Shown here: positions 1 to 12,384 of the stretch, one piece after another
Layout: each line of letters starts with the position of its first letter
How positions within the stretch are numbered: the stretch's first letter is position 1
NCBI GenBank assembly: GCA_026770705.1
Contig: JANJGN010000021.1
Location: forward strand, 97,960,001-98,024,000
Length of the DNA: 64,000 nt
Direction of reading: 5' to 3'
From: Isurus oxyrinchus
Taxonomy: Eukaryota
Position numbers and translations under genes: made by a program
Notes under the pieces: model-generated
The model's input: only the letters and a program-made list of their open reading frames with translations
Database searches by the model: none
What the model was told of the DNA's origin: nothing

Positions 1-3000
1 AATACCAATGCAAATTTAAAAACATGAAACCCAGAGGGAGAAGTTAGCAATGGAGGAAAGAGAGAAGGAGATAAAAAGAGAATATTTGCTTCAAAAGTTG
101 GACATTAAAAAGGAGATCTCAGATGCAGAAGAAGGCTCTGATGATGAAAAAAAACCTTCAACCCAAAACCAGTGGAGAGATATTTAAATTTGTGAAAGCT
201 CTTCCGCAGTTTGAAGAAAAGGATGTAGAGGCATTCTTTATTTCATTTTAGAATACAGATAAGCAGATGAATTGACCATAAGAAATCTGGACATCTTTTT
301 TTACAGTCTAGGTTATTGGGTAGAGCGCAAGAGGTTTATGCTTCACTGTCAGAATAAATATCGGTGGATTATGATGCAGTAAAAATGCTATTTTGAGTGC
401 AAATGAGTTGATTCCTGAGGCCAACAGGCAGAAATTTAGGAATATAAGGAAACAGCATGTGCAAATCTATATTGAGTTTGAGAGAATAAAACAAACCAAT
501 TTTGACCGGTGGACATGGCCATTAAAGGTAGAGATGACATATGCAGCTCTTAGAGAAGTAATTCTTCTGGAAAAAATTGAAAGTTCAATTCCTTTGGTAG
601 AGAGAACCCATGTGGAGGAACAAATGATTAAACCATAAGACAAACAGCAGAGATAGTTGATGATTACGGATTAGTTCATAGATCTAAAGCTTTTTTGTCA
701 TCCTTTGAATCAACGAAGGATAGAAAATGCGAAAGTGAAAGGAAAGTAGGTAGCCAGGGAAGAGAAGGAGTAGTTGGGAATTCTCAGGAAGATTTTTTCT
801 AAGACTAAAAAGGAAGGTGTTGTGGGTAGGAGTGACACTCGAAAAGTGAGGTGTTTTCATTCTAACAAAGGTCGGTACACGAAGCTGGAGGTTACATGGA
901 GAATACGTTGCAGTAATTGGAATGCAGAAAAGTTGTGGAAGTAAACGCGCCATGGTTCCTGTGGTCCAGGCACAGGAAAAATAAATTATTTGTGTACAAA
1001 CAAAGAAGTGGAATCAGTGATAGGTAAATACGTAGGAATATGTTTATAATTTACCCAAGGGAGTTCTGAAGAACAGGTTGAGAAATGTTTAAATATTTTG
1101 TATGTGAAAGGGAAGTCTGTCCATTTGTAACAGTTTGGAGCTGGTAGAGATAATGAAATTTTAAGAGGCACAGGGGCTTATTATTATGGAATAGTGATAT
1201 TTGTTGTTTAGAAGGAGTATTGCAGGAAAAGCTGACAATAAGTGGGGTTAATGGAAATGCTAAGCCTATTCCATTGTGGAAGGTATGTTTAAAGAGCAAC
1301 TGGAAAACAGGAGAGGTGATTGTTGGAGTCGTGGAAAATTGCCCATTACATGGGTTCAATTTATTTTAGGCAATGATATAGCTGGATCATGGATGCAGGT
1401 GGTGCGTACAGTATTGAGCAGCCTGTGGAGGTTCATTCAGCAGAGGTATCCAGGAAATGCATCCTGAATTGTTTCCAGATTGTGTAGGTGTGATATCACA
1501 GACTCACAGGTTGAGAAAAGAAGCAGATGAAGTTATAAGGCAGGGAAAGGATGGTGAAGTTCAATTAGCTGATACTATTTGACAAGATTGTTCATGAAGA
1601 GACAATGGAAGAAAATTAATCTGAAGTGTTTTCCAGTTCATTTGGTCGAATTACAACAAAAGGATTCAATAATAAACCAGTTATGTCTGGCATCTTATTC
1701 AGGAGCAGAGGCAGAATGTATTCCAGAATGTTATTATTTTAAAAGCAATGTGATAATGAGAAAGTGGCGACCGTATCAAGTTTCACCAAATGAAAAATAT
1801 ATGGGAGTGCATCATATAGTTGGACTATCTGGATATAGAAATGAGTTACCGAATGTAGCTCATGAAATTCCATTAAGGGGACATTTAGGAATTAGAAAGA
1901 AGCATGTTATAATGTAAAAACATTTTTATTGGCCTAGATTGTATAGAGATGTAGTTAAATTCTGTAGGACATGTCACACATATGAGGTGACAGGGATACC
2001 ACAAGCATTGATGAAGTCGACACATTTAATTCCAATTCATGCATTTAGCAACCTTTTGCTGGAGTCATGATTGTTTGTATAGGGCCTCTGCCTAAGACTA
2101 AAAGTTGAAATTAATACTTGCTGACACGGTTTACGGAAGCAATACCTTTGTGAAATATACAAAAAAGGGAATTGTTGAAGAGCTAACTAAATCTTTTGCA
2201 AGCTATGGTTTGCCAAAAGAAATACAATCAGATCAGTGTTCACATTTCATGTCACGGTCATCTAAGGAAGTAATGACATATTGGGTATTAAACAGTTTAA
2301 TTCAACAGCTTGCCATCCTGAATTACAAGGGAATTTGGAAAGAAGGCATCAAACTTTCAAGACCATGATGAAGGCTTATAGACAATACTGTCCACAAGTC
2401 TTGTTACTTGCTATTACGGATGCTCCTAAGCATCAGGTAGATTTAGTCCTTTTGAATTAGTGGATGGTCATGAGTTAGGGGGACCACTGAAATTGATTGA
2501 TGAGCAATTGATAGGTCAAAATTCGAAAGCTACTCTCCTGGATACTGTGAGAAAATGCAGAGAAAGGTTGAATGGGGCATGTGAGTTAGCTAGGGAACAT
2601 TTAAAGATGTCACAGCAAGTGATAAAAGCAAAGGCAAATATGAGAGCCACAGCTTGTAGCCTAGTTTTATCTTTAGGGGTGGGGGGGGGGGGGGGGGGGG
2701 GGAGGGGGGGGGGGGAGGGGGTTGGAGTGTTAGTTTTGTTACCAGTATTGGGAGACTTGTTAAAGGCAAGGATTATTGGGCCTTACATGAATGAAAAGAA
2801 CCAATGTGGAATAAATTATTTAATACATACTCCATATAGAAGAAAGAAGCAGAAGATGGGTCATGTAAAAATGCTTTAAAAAGTACTTTGAAAGGGAAGA
2901 GGGCCAAAAGGAGGCATTAGTGGCGGTAGATAAGGAGAAAGCAGTAGAAATGAAGGATTCTGAAACTGACTTCCCTCTAATCAAATTGGATAATGATGGA

Positions 3001-5419
3001 GCACTTAAAAATGTAAATGTAATATTGATTTACCTTCCATGTAATTGTCAAAGTGATTTTGAGAAACTATTGCAATGGGAATAACCTTGGGAGGATAAAT
3101 ATGGCCACACATACTGTAAGCATAGGAGATTCGTTTTCGATAAGGCAACATCTTTATAGATGAAGGCCAGCAAAGCTATCAGAAATATGGATTAAATTGT
3201 ATTCATGCTTCAAAATGACATCAGTGAGCCTAGCTGTTGTAACTGGAGTTCACATATTGCGATGGTACTGAAATGCAATGACAAAAGTGGCTTCATATCC
3301 TACACCACAGTTGGAAGATTGCATTAAGAAACTGGGTCAATCACAGTTTATCACAAAGATTGACTTGCTGAGAGGGCATTGGCAAGGAGATATCGGCGTT
3401 TGTGACGCCAGATGGACTACATCTGTCTAAACTCATGTCATTTGGTATGAAAAATGCACCAGTAACATTTCAAAGGCTGACAAACAAATTAATTGCCAAA
3501 GTGAGCAATCGTGCTGTTTATATTTACGACCTGATAGTGTTCAGTCGAACGAAGGAGGAGCATTTACAACACCTGGAAGATGTATTTAATCGACTGCAAG
3601 AAGCAAATTTGGTCAGGAGCTTGTCTAATTGTTTGTTCACAAAAGCGCAAGTTACAATCTATGCCATACCATTGGGCATGGTAAGGTGTCTCCGAGCGAT
3701 GTAAACGTCAAAGCCATCATCCACTCCCATGTGCTGCAACAAATGAAAGGTACTGAGGTTTCTGGGAATGAGTGGGTTTTACCAGAAATTTGTACCAATG
3801 TGATTGCTCAATTGACTGATCTATTAAAAAAGAACAAGAAGTTTCAGTGGACACAGAGGAGTCAGAAGGTATTTGACAGTTTAATAGCACTATTGGCTAC
3901 GACACTATTTTTGGCAGTACCTAATTAACCAAGCAATTTAAGTTGGCCGTTGATGCAAGTGATATAGCAATTGGTGCTGGACTGTTGCAAGGAGATGAGA
4001 CTGGAATTGAGAAAACAATATGCTATTTTTTCACGGAAGCTGAATGTACAACAGGAATAAAAATAATGATTGAAAAGGAGGCTCTGAGTCTGGCATTAGC
4101 ATTGCAACATTTCGAGGTTTATGTTACAAAAAATTCATCAGAAGAAGATATTTACACAGGTCACCATCCTTTCAAATGTCTGGACAAATTTCAAGACCAA
4201 AGTGCAAGGCTGTTCTGATGGAGTTTATTTGATTTACAGATTATACAGGTGGCTGGATGAGCGAATCTAACTGCAGATGCATTATCGAGAGTTTAAAGCT
4301 CAAATAGAACCTGGATATTTAAAACATGGACACTGGACTGTGAATACCAAGGATTTTTATGTTAATGAATGCATCAGGTAATTGAATAGTTTGGGTATAT
4401 AAATAGGAATAGTAGGTCGTGCAAGATGGTTTAAGAAAATGAAGTCACGTTTTAAAATTATGATGGTTCGTTTTCCCATAAAGATGAAGACCTGATGAAT
4501 GTATAATAATTTTCATATTTATATGATTTATTGTGAAGCAGATTTAAGAGGTAAGCATAGCTGGGTCGGTTTGTGCGATGTAATTACATTTAGAGTGAAG
4601 TAGACTGCAAACTTGAAATCAGCAAAATAATCTAGGTGCTTGACATGCTAATTAGTAAACATGAACGCTAGCTTCGCATGTAAGGAGTGAAGAGAATTTG
4701 CATGTTTAGATAAATTAAGAGATTTGGGGTTCAAAGGGAACTTAACCTGTTTACAAACATCCAGATAAACACGGCCACGGAATGTGTTTATTTTTCCCAA
4801 AGTTTATTGGCAATTTTGGCAACACGAATGTTTTTATATCAAAAGGAAGATACAGTTTCAAAGACACAGTGCACAGCAGAATTTACATATTAAAAAGAGA
4901 CATATATATTAAGGAAAATGAAAAGCTATGTGGGGGAAAGCTATGTAAAACCTAATTGGAGTGTGTGAAATAGCCTTAATGAAGCCTCCAGCCATTTGTG
5001 CATAAGCCTGGCATATAAAGAAACTAAAATTCTGAAACTGAAACTGAAAAGCCATTTGGAATCCCACTGTCAAGTGGGTATTGTTATAACTTGCTTGTTT
5101 TGTTTTAAATCTAAAATCTGCTTTGGACCGTTGCCTTAAACGGGGTATAACCAGAGTCAGTTTAATTCCGAAATGTATGATTTGCTCTTGTAGTAAGTAA
5201 TTGTAGTTTTATATATGTCCTTTAAATCTTTTATTTTGTTAACAAATAATTTAATTTATGTTTAAAATCTCTAAAGGTCTTGGTGGACTTATTACTTCTG
5301 AATTCAGTGCACACATCTTCTCGTAATAAATACAAATTGCAAAAACGTTGTGGTAGCGCGACCAAGTTGCTCTTGTGAATTTGGTCCGCCTGGCACACAT
5401 CACCTGCCACGCCATGACA
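1..5419 (+). mobile_element. Decayed Ty3/Gypsy LTR retrotransposon, Gmr1-like domain order (gag-PR-IN-RT-RNaseH); 5' part outside the window; 3' LTR about 4491-5419
   Basis: Fragments in order: gag-like (393-638), integrase zinc-binding AHEIPLRGHLGIRK (1579-1917), integrase core YGLPKEIQSDQCSHFMS (2105-2368), RT TPDG..MSFGMKNAPVTFQRL..VYIYDLIVFS (3402-3704), RNase H AVDASDIAIGAGLLQ (3943-4218). Purine tract near 4480-4490; LTR ends GCCATGACA at 5419. Many stops and frameshifts. Confidence 0.9.
2676..2721 (+). repeat. Poly-G run (~46 nt) inside the Gypsy integrase C-terminal region
   Basis: Seen directly; absent at the homologous position of the second Gypsy copy (~19020). Confidence 0.9.
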
Positions 5420-5600
5420 CTATGGCTAGATCAAAATCCGGGAACATCTTTCTTAACAACATTGTGAGTGTATGTACTTCAGGTGGGCTGCATTGGTTGA
5501 AAAAGCCGAAGCACCACTCCGTTATCAATGACAGTTAGGGCGAGGCAAAAAAAAAAACCAGCAACCTTGCCGGCAACACCGCTATCGAATGAACGGATGA
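5420..5600 (+). mobile_element. 3' end of a CR1/L2-group LINE (called family B here)
   Basis: Similar by eye to the 3' tail at 36060-36225. Confidence 0.65.
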
Positions 5601-6096
5601 TTTTTTTTTAAAGCTTCGATCTCTGACTTCGAATCAGGACATTCTCCATCATGAACACTGCAATACTTTCCTTGATCAGTACTGCCAACGCTCGTCCTTT
5701 CATTTGCAATCTTTCTAGAACATTTTCATTCCACACATTTTTTTTTCAGACAGGGATCAAGTTTTGTCCTCTTGCCGCACCTACCCCCTTTCTAATTTTT
5801 GCTCTAGAACTATTTGGCTCTTCCAACCATTTATGCACCCTTTTTCTTCTTTCCAACGCAAGATTTTGGTGCCTACGGCTGTGCCAAATTAGTCTGAACA
5901 GCAGTACCTCCCAGCGAAAACATTTTTCATAGCTGCGTTGAGGAGCATCCCGTTAGACGAGAAAATAAAGAGGGATTATCAGGCATATTCCAGAATTTTA
6001 ACGCTCACAAGCTTAAAATGCAGAGACAACTTTGCGCGTCTACGTTACAAGCATGAAATACGCTTGACCAGATATCACAGGCTGATGACAAGCTGT

Positions 6097-6168
6097 AGGT
6101 ATGGACGGGGATCGAATATACGATTGTTGGTTTGCGAAACCAACGACGTTCCATTTGGCCATCATGTC
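6097..6168 (-). pseudogene. Decayed tRNA-Thr(CGT)-derived pseudogene; anticodon now reads CGC
   Basis: Reverse complement GACATGATGGCCAAATGGAACGTCGTTGGTTTCGCAAACCAACAATCGTATATTCGATCCCCGTCCATACCT aligns without gaps over 72 nt, about 50 matches, to the vertebrate Thr-CGT sequence as recalled. Anticodon stem TTGGT/ACCAA pairs; T-stem and acceptor stem are broken. Confidence 0.75.
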
Positions 6169-6520
6169 ACATAGCCCAACACTTGACGAGCCGCCTACTG
6201 CTGCATAAGATCAGTGGGCAACAAATAAATATGGGGGAATTTGTGGCGAAGAAGAGAGAGGAAATGTAGCAATTTATTGACAAAAGGGTTGGTGTTGAAA
6301 GGCAAAGCTGGATAGTAAGGAGTCGGTAGATGACGGTATTCAGGTATATTTGGATGCGGCTGTACATAATTCAAAGAAATTTGATGTGAAAGGGCAACTC
6401 GCAATTTCGAAGGCAAATGATGTGTTAGCTTTTACTGCAAGGAGTTTGGAATAGACGTATGAGGAAGCATGTGGCAATTATATAGGGCTTTGAATGGAAC
6501 ACAATAAGTTACAGCGTTGT

Positions 6521-7358
6521 CATGACCTCCTTACCCGGAGAAGGAAATAACTGCATCAGCGGTGGTGCGACTATTTTTCACGAGGTTAATGAGCGGGATG
6601 ACAGGACGGTCCAGCAAGGAGTAAGATGCTACATACTGAGCCGAGAAGGAACATTCGTTCATCCATTGATTTGTGCACCCTTAAAATTCTGCCTCGAAGA
6701 GAGCTGTGAGCGCATGCGTAATGACAGCGCTGGCCTCATTCACCAGCGCCAGACAAAGGGAGCTCAAGGAGATGGAAGTATGGAGAAGGAGAAAAAGAAA
6801 CAAACACAGGAAGAAGGACAGACTGTCAGGTAGAGTCAGACAGAGAAGGCAAGAAAAAGATGCGCGTCACAATTCCATCTCTGTTTCGTTGCAAGTGACA
6901 GAAAAAATTGTTTACGAGTAACAAAAGTCCACCACAGAAGGAGTTCAGAAATGAGACACATACAAACAGCATGTTAAGAATTGTGTTGAATTCAGTACGG
7001 GGTGTTATGAAGTGATACACTTAGCCAGGACAAATGTGGAAATACAATTGCTACGATCTCAGTAAAGACCAATAACTGCTTTTCTTTGAGAAGAAATCCG
7101 AAATCCAAGACCGTTACGAAAAGAATGAAGCCACAAGATTCCATGGTTTAAAAAATAATTGATACCAAACAAGAGTCAAACAAAACATTCACTATGTTAG
7201 AACTTGGATTACCGTGTTCGTTTATATAACCCCAATCAGTTTCAGTGCAGATGCTCTGGTTTCAAAATCTAAGGTTTAGTTTTCGTTTTCTTAGAAGCTG
7301 GAAAGGTCAGATTCTTTTCCTTGTTTCCTTTTACTGCTCGCATTTTCAGTTTCTGTTT
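6521..7358 (+). repeat. Copy A of an old ~0.85-kb direct duplication (CR1 3' fragment plus unique sequence)
   Basis: Colinear with 8098-8998. Starts TGACCTCCTTACCCGGAGAAGGAAATA vs TGACCTCCTTGCCTGGAGAAGGAAATA; both end AAGCTGGAAA.GTCAGATTCTTTT...TTTTCAGTTTCTGTTTT. Confidence 0.9.
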
Positions 7359-7859
7359 TCAATTAGGGTCTGCTTCCAAAAGTGCAAACTTTGACAGCGG
7401 AGATTCAATCCCACAGTACACAGTAAATGGGACGCTTTGAAAAGTATAGACGAGCCCAGATATCTTGGTCTCCATGTACACAAAGTCCATAAAATGATGG
7501 AAAATTATTTCAGTTACTTGGGGGTGCAGGGGCGGGGGGACGGGACTTGCTGAATCGAATAAACTATCGGCCATGGGCAGGAAAGAGATAGGCAGAAATC
7601 GGTTGGGAGGGCGAGACGGATAAGGTCGTGATTTATTTACACGAAGGGATGGTGTTGAAAAGCAAAAAGGGGTTGGAAGGAGAGATAATAGCAATTGATG
7701 ATATTCAGATGAAAATGAATGTCATTGTGCACAATTCAATGAAACGTAGCGTAAAGGGATAGCTAGCATTTTGAAGATACATTTTGTGTCAGCTTTAATT
7801 TCCAGCTGCTTGAATGTATTGATGAGGAAATCTTGCTCCAATTATATAGGGTTTTGAAA

Positions 7860-8078
7860 AGAACACAATAAAGTACAGGAGAAACTCAGCAGGCTGACAG
7901 CGTCTGCGGAGAGAGAAACAGAACTGACGTTTCGAGTCTCCTTCAGATTGGACTCTTCTTCAGTAATACAGATTCGAAAAGTCAACTCTGTTTCTCTGCT
8001 GTCAGACCTGCTGAGTTTTTCCGCAGCTTTTTCTGGTTTTGTTTCAGATTTCCAGCATCCGCAGTATTTTACTTTTAT
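7860..8078. mobile_element. Penelope-derived short element, two inverted pLTR pieces; hammerhead-like core on minus strand 7921-7963
   Basis: Arms AAACTCAGCAGG..GAAACAGAACTGACGTTTCGA and TCGAAAAGTCAACTCTGTTTC..CCTGCTGAGTTT. Minus strand reads CTGAAGA-A-GAGTC-loop-GACTC-GAAACGTC. Similar to the Penelope 3' end at 30500-30601. Confidence 0.75.
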
Positions 8079-8097
8079 AATGAAGTAAAGCGCTGAT

Positions 8098-8998
8098 GTG
8101 ACCTCCTTGCCTGGAGAAGGAAATACTTGCATCAACAGTGGTGCAACGAAAACTCACGAGATTCATTGAGGTATTATCGAACTGTCCTGAAAGAAAAACA
8201 TGACTAAAATGGAACTCATCATTGGAGTTTAGGTTACCGAGGGGTGTTGATAAATTTCTTCATCCAGAGAATTGTGCACCCTAGAAATTCTGTCTCTCAG
8301 AGAGCTGTGAAGGCGCAGTGCATGAGTATATTTAAATCTGATATCTATCGATTTCTGGAGACTGAGGAGATCAAGAGGCATGAATCTTGGCCTAATTCAT
8401 TAGCCTCAGTCAAAAGGAACTCGAGGAGCTGGGGGCAAAAAGAACAGACACGGGGCAGATAGACAGACAGGGAGAGTCAGATAGAGAGTGCAAGGGAAAG
8501 ATTCGCGTGACAATTCCATCATTTATTACTTGCAAGTGGCAGAGAAATAGTCTCCGAGAAACAAAGATCCACTCAGAAAGGGGTTCCGAAAGTGGGAAAC
8601 ACAAATAAAAACAGAATCTGAAGAATTGGATGCGATTTAATGTGGGACATTATGAAGTGCTACACTTATGGAGGGCCAATGTGGAAAGACAGTTATTACG
8701 ATCTCGGTAGAGATAAGTAACTGCTTTAAAAAAAAGAGACGAGATCCGAAATCAAAGCTACTTATCAAGGAATGAAACCATAAGATTCTATAATATCAAA
8801 AATATATTTACTGTACAAGAGTCAAGCAAAGCAGAGATTGGGTAGCCTCGTTTTCCTTTGTACACCCTCAAGCAGTTTCACTAAAGATAATTTCCCTTCC
8901 ACATCTCAGTTTTGAGTTTCGTTTCCTTGAAAGCTGGAAACGTCAGATTCTTTTCTCTGTTTCCTTCCCCTGTTTCCCTTTTCAGTTTCTGTTTTTAG
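8098..8998 (+). repeat. Copy B of the ~0.85-kb direct duplication
   Basis: Colinear with 6521-7358. Confidence 0.9.
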
Positions 8999-9754
8999 TT
9001 AGTAATGTAGTCAGGTTTAATATCTATGCTTCCTTCGTAGGAACCTGCGGGTTAATTCTGGTCATAAGTCTTCAGTAAAGGTGCAAAGGCATTAGAAGGA
9101 GCGCAGGGGAGGTCAACTAGGAGATGGACTTCAGTTATGAGGGGATGTTGCAACAATTAGAATTGTTCTTCCTGAAACAGAAATGAATGAGGTGATCTAA
9201 TAAAGATTTTCCACATGATGGGAGGCTTGGGGAGAGTAAATGGAGTATACGAGAGGTGGGAGAAGGGGAAGCGGTAGGGAAAGGGGAGAGGAGCGAGTTT
9301 TCCTCTCTCGAATTGATCAAATATCTCGAGGTCATAGGTTCAAAGTGATTGGCAAGAGATATTGAGAGGATGGGAACAGGCGTTTCTTTTTACTTTGGTT
9401 TGTTGTGTTCTGGACAACTCGACTGATCAAATCAAAAATGAAACTGTGAATCTTCCAGCTCTGTGAGACTGCATGCATATTCAGACTAGAATCACAACGA
9501 ACACATTCAAAATGAAGCAGCAACGACGGCGCGCTCTGAAATGGCATGGGGTCAACTGACAGCTCGCGTACATGGGAAAGACTTATTGAAAATTGACCTT
9601 CATGCACTGCGCTTGTATTGGTCTGATAAAACTCCCTGTGCTGTGTGATTTGTTTCGCAAAGCTACTCCTGTAATAATTCAATCCCGCCTTTTGCAATGT
9701 TAAGATTTTAAGAGAATGAAATCTGCGTTTTCGACTGGAAGAGAACATGAGGCA

Positions 9755-9824
9755 GGATATAATCTTGCATTTGAGCCCTGGACACCTCGCAGGTTCATGC
9801 GATAAAAACAAGGATCAACAAACC
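9755..9824 (-). pseudogene. Highly decayed tRNA-Pro-like relic
   Basis: Plus strand ATTTGAGCCCTGGACACCTCGCA matches the antisense Pro T-arm/anticodon region ATTTGAACCCGGGACCTCTCGCA at 19/23. Ends GATCAACAAACC vs GACCAACGAGCC. Confidence 0.45.
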
Positions 9825-10029
9825 GAAGTTGTGAATGCAGTCCAGTCAACATATTCTGCACATTCATTGCCATCGAAAGCTGATCAGGCACTTGTTCAGA
9901 CCCCTAATACCAATGGCGGATTGATGAAAAACTTGCCTCCGAAGTCATTGGACAAGTATAATCCCAAGTGAAAACCGAAGACTGCAATTTATTAAAAACA
10001 AAATGGCTTCAATATTGACAGCATAAAAT

Positions 10030-10200
10030 ACTTGAAATGAATGTTGCGTCCGGAAGGTTATAAAGAGCTTAATGGAAAGACGTGTTGCTCCTCGAAAGTA
10101 TGCTGAACTTCCTTGGTAAACTACTGGAGGTCACCGTTGAGAGATTGTTCGCCACTCATTTCAACCTTCCACTTCGGTTTGTGGATTAGTGGGTTAACGT
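10030..10200 (-). mobile_element. Decayed Penelope-like GIY-YIG C-terminal fragment
   Basis: Antisense similarity to 29900-30070, e.g. GTCCGGAAGGTTATAAAG vs CTTTACAACCTTCCGGAC. Confidence 0.65.
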
Positions 10201-10389
10201 CCCTGTCAAATAACTGACAAGTTACCAAGAGTGCACTGGTACAGAATAGAATTACTGCCAGTTTTGTGAGGTGGAAGTGACATTTTAATTTTTAAGGCTT
10301 ATTCTATTATAAAATCTAATACCGCCTGTTTGCATTTTAGCATTTTACATAAATTTACTGTTTTTCAGTTTTAAGTTTCTTCGATACAG

Positions 10390-11640
10390 TCGAGCTTGGA
10401 TGATGCACTAAATTAAAATTGCACTGAGTTAATCTCATCCGTTGAAATATGCGACTAAAACGAATGGATGTTGACCGCAAGTGAAGAAAAAAAAAGAGCG
10501 ATTACGGCAGCCTGGCCGACTGAGAAAGCATCATGGATGCCGCTGGCACATGACGCTGTTATACGAAACGGCAGACTTCAAAGTGTGTATGTGGAAATGT
10601 GAGGAGCGCTCTTGTGTGTGGGAACATCTCAATAACGGAAATGTGCTCTTGAGGTAAGTTGCGTGTTTACAGGAAAACTCTTATTGTGAAAGCAAATATT
10701 AAAATCAAACAGCCGGAAACACTCAGCAGACCAGAGCTAGTTGTTGATTCTCCTACCTGAAGAAATTATTTCTCTCTCCTCCATCAAATCCTTTTAACAT
10801 GGTTCAACACTTCGATCAGGTCATCCGTCAATCTTCTTCTAGACTGAGCCTAATAGTATTTAAAGTGAAACAGGAGAATGATTTTTGGAAATATGTTTTG
10901 AAACAGTGGAATGCATTAGCACCTTGCAATAGCTTTAGCTCACTTGGTAGATCCCCGAGGATCGCAAGGTCACTGCAGCATTTGAGCACAAAGATCAAGA
11001 CTGGGACTCAACGCAATGATGAGTGAGTGCTGTACTGCTGCGGGTGTCGACTTTTAGATGAGATGTTAAACCATCTGCTCGGCGGAAGCGAACGATTCCC
11101 CGACAATTTTCAATAAGTGAGGAGGAATTTTCCCCTGCTGCCCTACTATCCCTCAACCAGAAGCACAAAAGCAGATTATCCTGTCATAGTCACGTGTTTT
11201 TCTGGAATTTTGCTGTGCGCAGCAGTGACTGCACTTCAGCAGCATTTTTAATGGCGGCATTGTCATTGATCACGGCCAAAGCGCCATTTTATTCAAGGCT
11301 TTACAAATAAACTACAGCGTAAGATAGGAGAACGGGAGAGAGAGAGATCGAAGAGACTCACAGATAACATTAATCTGAAGAGGGCCAATCCAGATTCCAC
11401 TTCAAATCCAGCTAGCTCACCCACTCCTTCACCCCAACCCCCACCCCTCCACAGTGACGTCAACACCGTTAAAGGTGCTTCGAGGTTTTTATTGCCTTCT
11501 TCACGTATTAATGTATTTTGCAGGTCAACAAATAAGGCGTGATGTTTGGCTCGGTATAACTTAATGATTATACATCTGAGTTTACCCGCAACCTTTACTT
11601 CTATTCTGAACTTTCCGCTCTATCCAAGAGTCAGTTTAAA
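10390..11640 (+). repeat. Copy A of an old segmental duplication; partner 55690-57070
   Basis: Colinear matches, e.g. TTGAGGTAAGTTGCGTGTTTACAGGAAAACTCTTATTGTGAAAGCAAATATTAAAA vs TTGAGGTGAGATGCGTGTTGTCAGGAAAGCTGCTATAGTGAAAGCACAATATTAAAA. Same SINE at the same place; shared TAATGTATTTT block downstream. Confidence 0.85.
10935..11280 (+). mobile_element. tRNA-headed SINE, DeuSINE/SacSINE1-like
   Basis: A-box-like TAGCTCACTTGGTAG, then GATGAGTGAGTGCTGTACTGCTGCGGGTGTCGACTTTTAGATGAGATGTTAAACC resembling the Deu core as recalled. Paralog at 56236-56720. Confidence 0.65.
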
Positions 11641-12076
11641 ATCTGATCGTAAGCTTTCAACACAGGCCAGGCTGAAAACAGGATAAAACTGCTCTGTGCC
11701 GCGTGGGTGCAGAACAGTTAATTGCTACCGTTTATATTGATTTTTCGACTGAATATTCGATAATGTTCGGAAGTTTAGATTAGTGTCATGGTCGCTGAGA
11801 CTGTCTTCGACCTTGGATATTTGAGACAAATTGAATAACGTGCAACGAGCTAAATGGTCATGACCGAGGTTCTACATATGGTTTATTGTCAATGTCTGGG
11901 GAGAATTCGTTGCATTTACTTGGACACTTGAGACTTTTAAATAATCTTTTAATCAATCCACAGAAATTGTTCCCTTCTAATGACCTTATCTACTGTTCGA
12001 TATTGCTCCTTGACAGATTCCACAGCCAATGCAAAACTATTGAGGGTATGAACACATTCCGTAACCAACGGAAAGG

Positions 12077-12172
12077 TGCTCTGGTTGAGGCTTGAGCTCA
12101 CAACCTCGGCATTTCACACGACACAGTATTATCATACAAGTACCACGCGGTAACCGATTGCGCCACTAGAGC
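12077..12172 (-). tRNA. Intron-containing tRNA-Ile(TAT)-derived gene, anticodon mutated to TGT; probable pseudogene
   Basis: Reverse complement GCTCTAGTGGCGCAATCGGTTACCGCGTGGTACTTGTA-[tgataatactgtgtcgtgtga]-ATGCCGAGGTTGTGAGCTCAAGCCTCAACCAGAGCA is the vertebrate Ile-TAT body with a 21-nt intron at 37/38. D-stem mismatch, T-loop CTCAAGC rather than TTCGAGC, and only TTT downstream. Confidence 0.9.
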
Positions 12173-12184
12173 TAATCTGCCAAA

Positions 12185-12384
12185 ACAGAATTACCTGGAA
12201 AAATTCAGTAGGTCTGGCAGCATCGGCGAAGAAGAAGAGTTGACGTTTCGAATCCTCTTGACCTTTCAGCAGAACAGTTCGTCAACTCTTTTCTTCTCCG
12301 CCGATGCTGCCAGACGTGCTGAGTTTTGCCAGGTAATTCTGTTTTTGTTTTGGATTTCCTGCATCCGCGGTTTTTTGTTTTTAT
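12185..12384. mobile_element. Penelope-derived short element with inverted pLTR arms and a 13-bp TSD
   Basis: Arms ~12183-12246 and ~12279-12345 are reverse complements. TSD CTAATCTGCCAAA (12172-12184) / CTAAACTGCCAAA (12385-12397). Minus-strand core CTGCTGA-A-AGGTC..GATTC-GAAACGTC. Confidence 0.85.

Noticed and set aside
5871-5999. Possible 5S rRNA relic (GCCTACGGC, TAGTCTGAA, GGGATTATCAGG, TTTT)
   Set aside because: Only short scattered matches needing several indels, with no box A or box C. A cmsearch with the Rfam 5S model would settle it.
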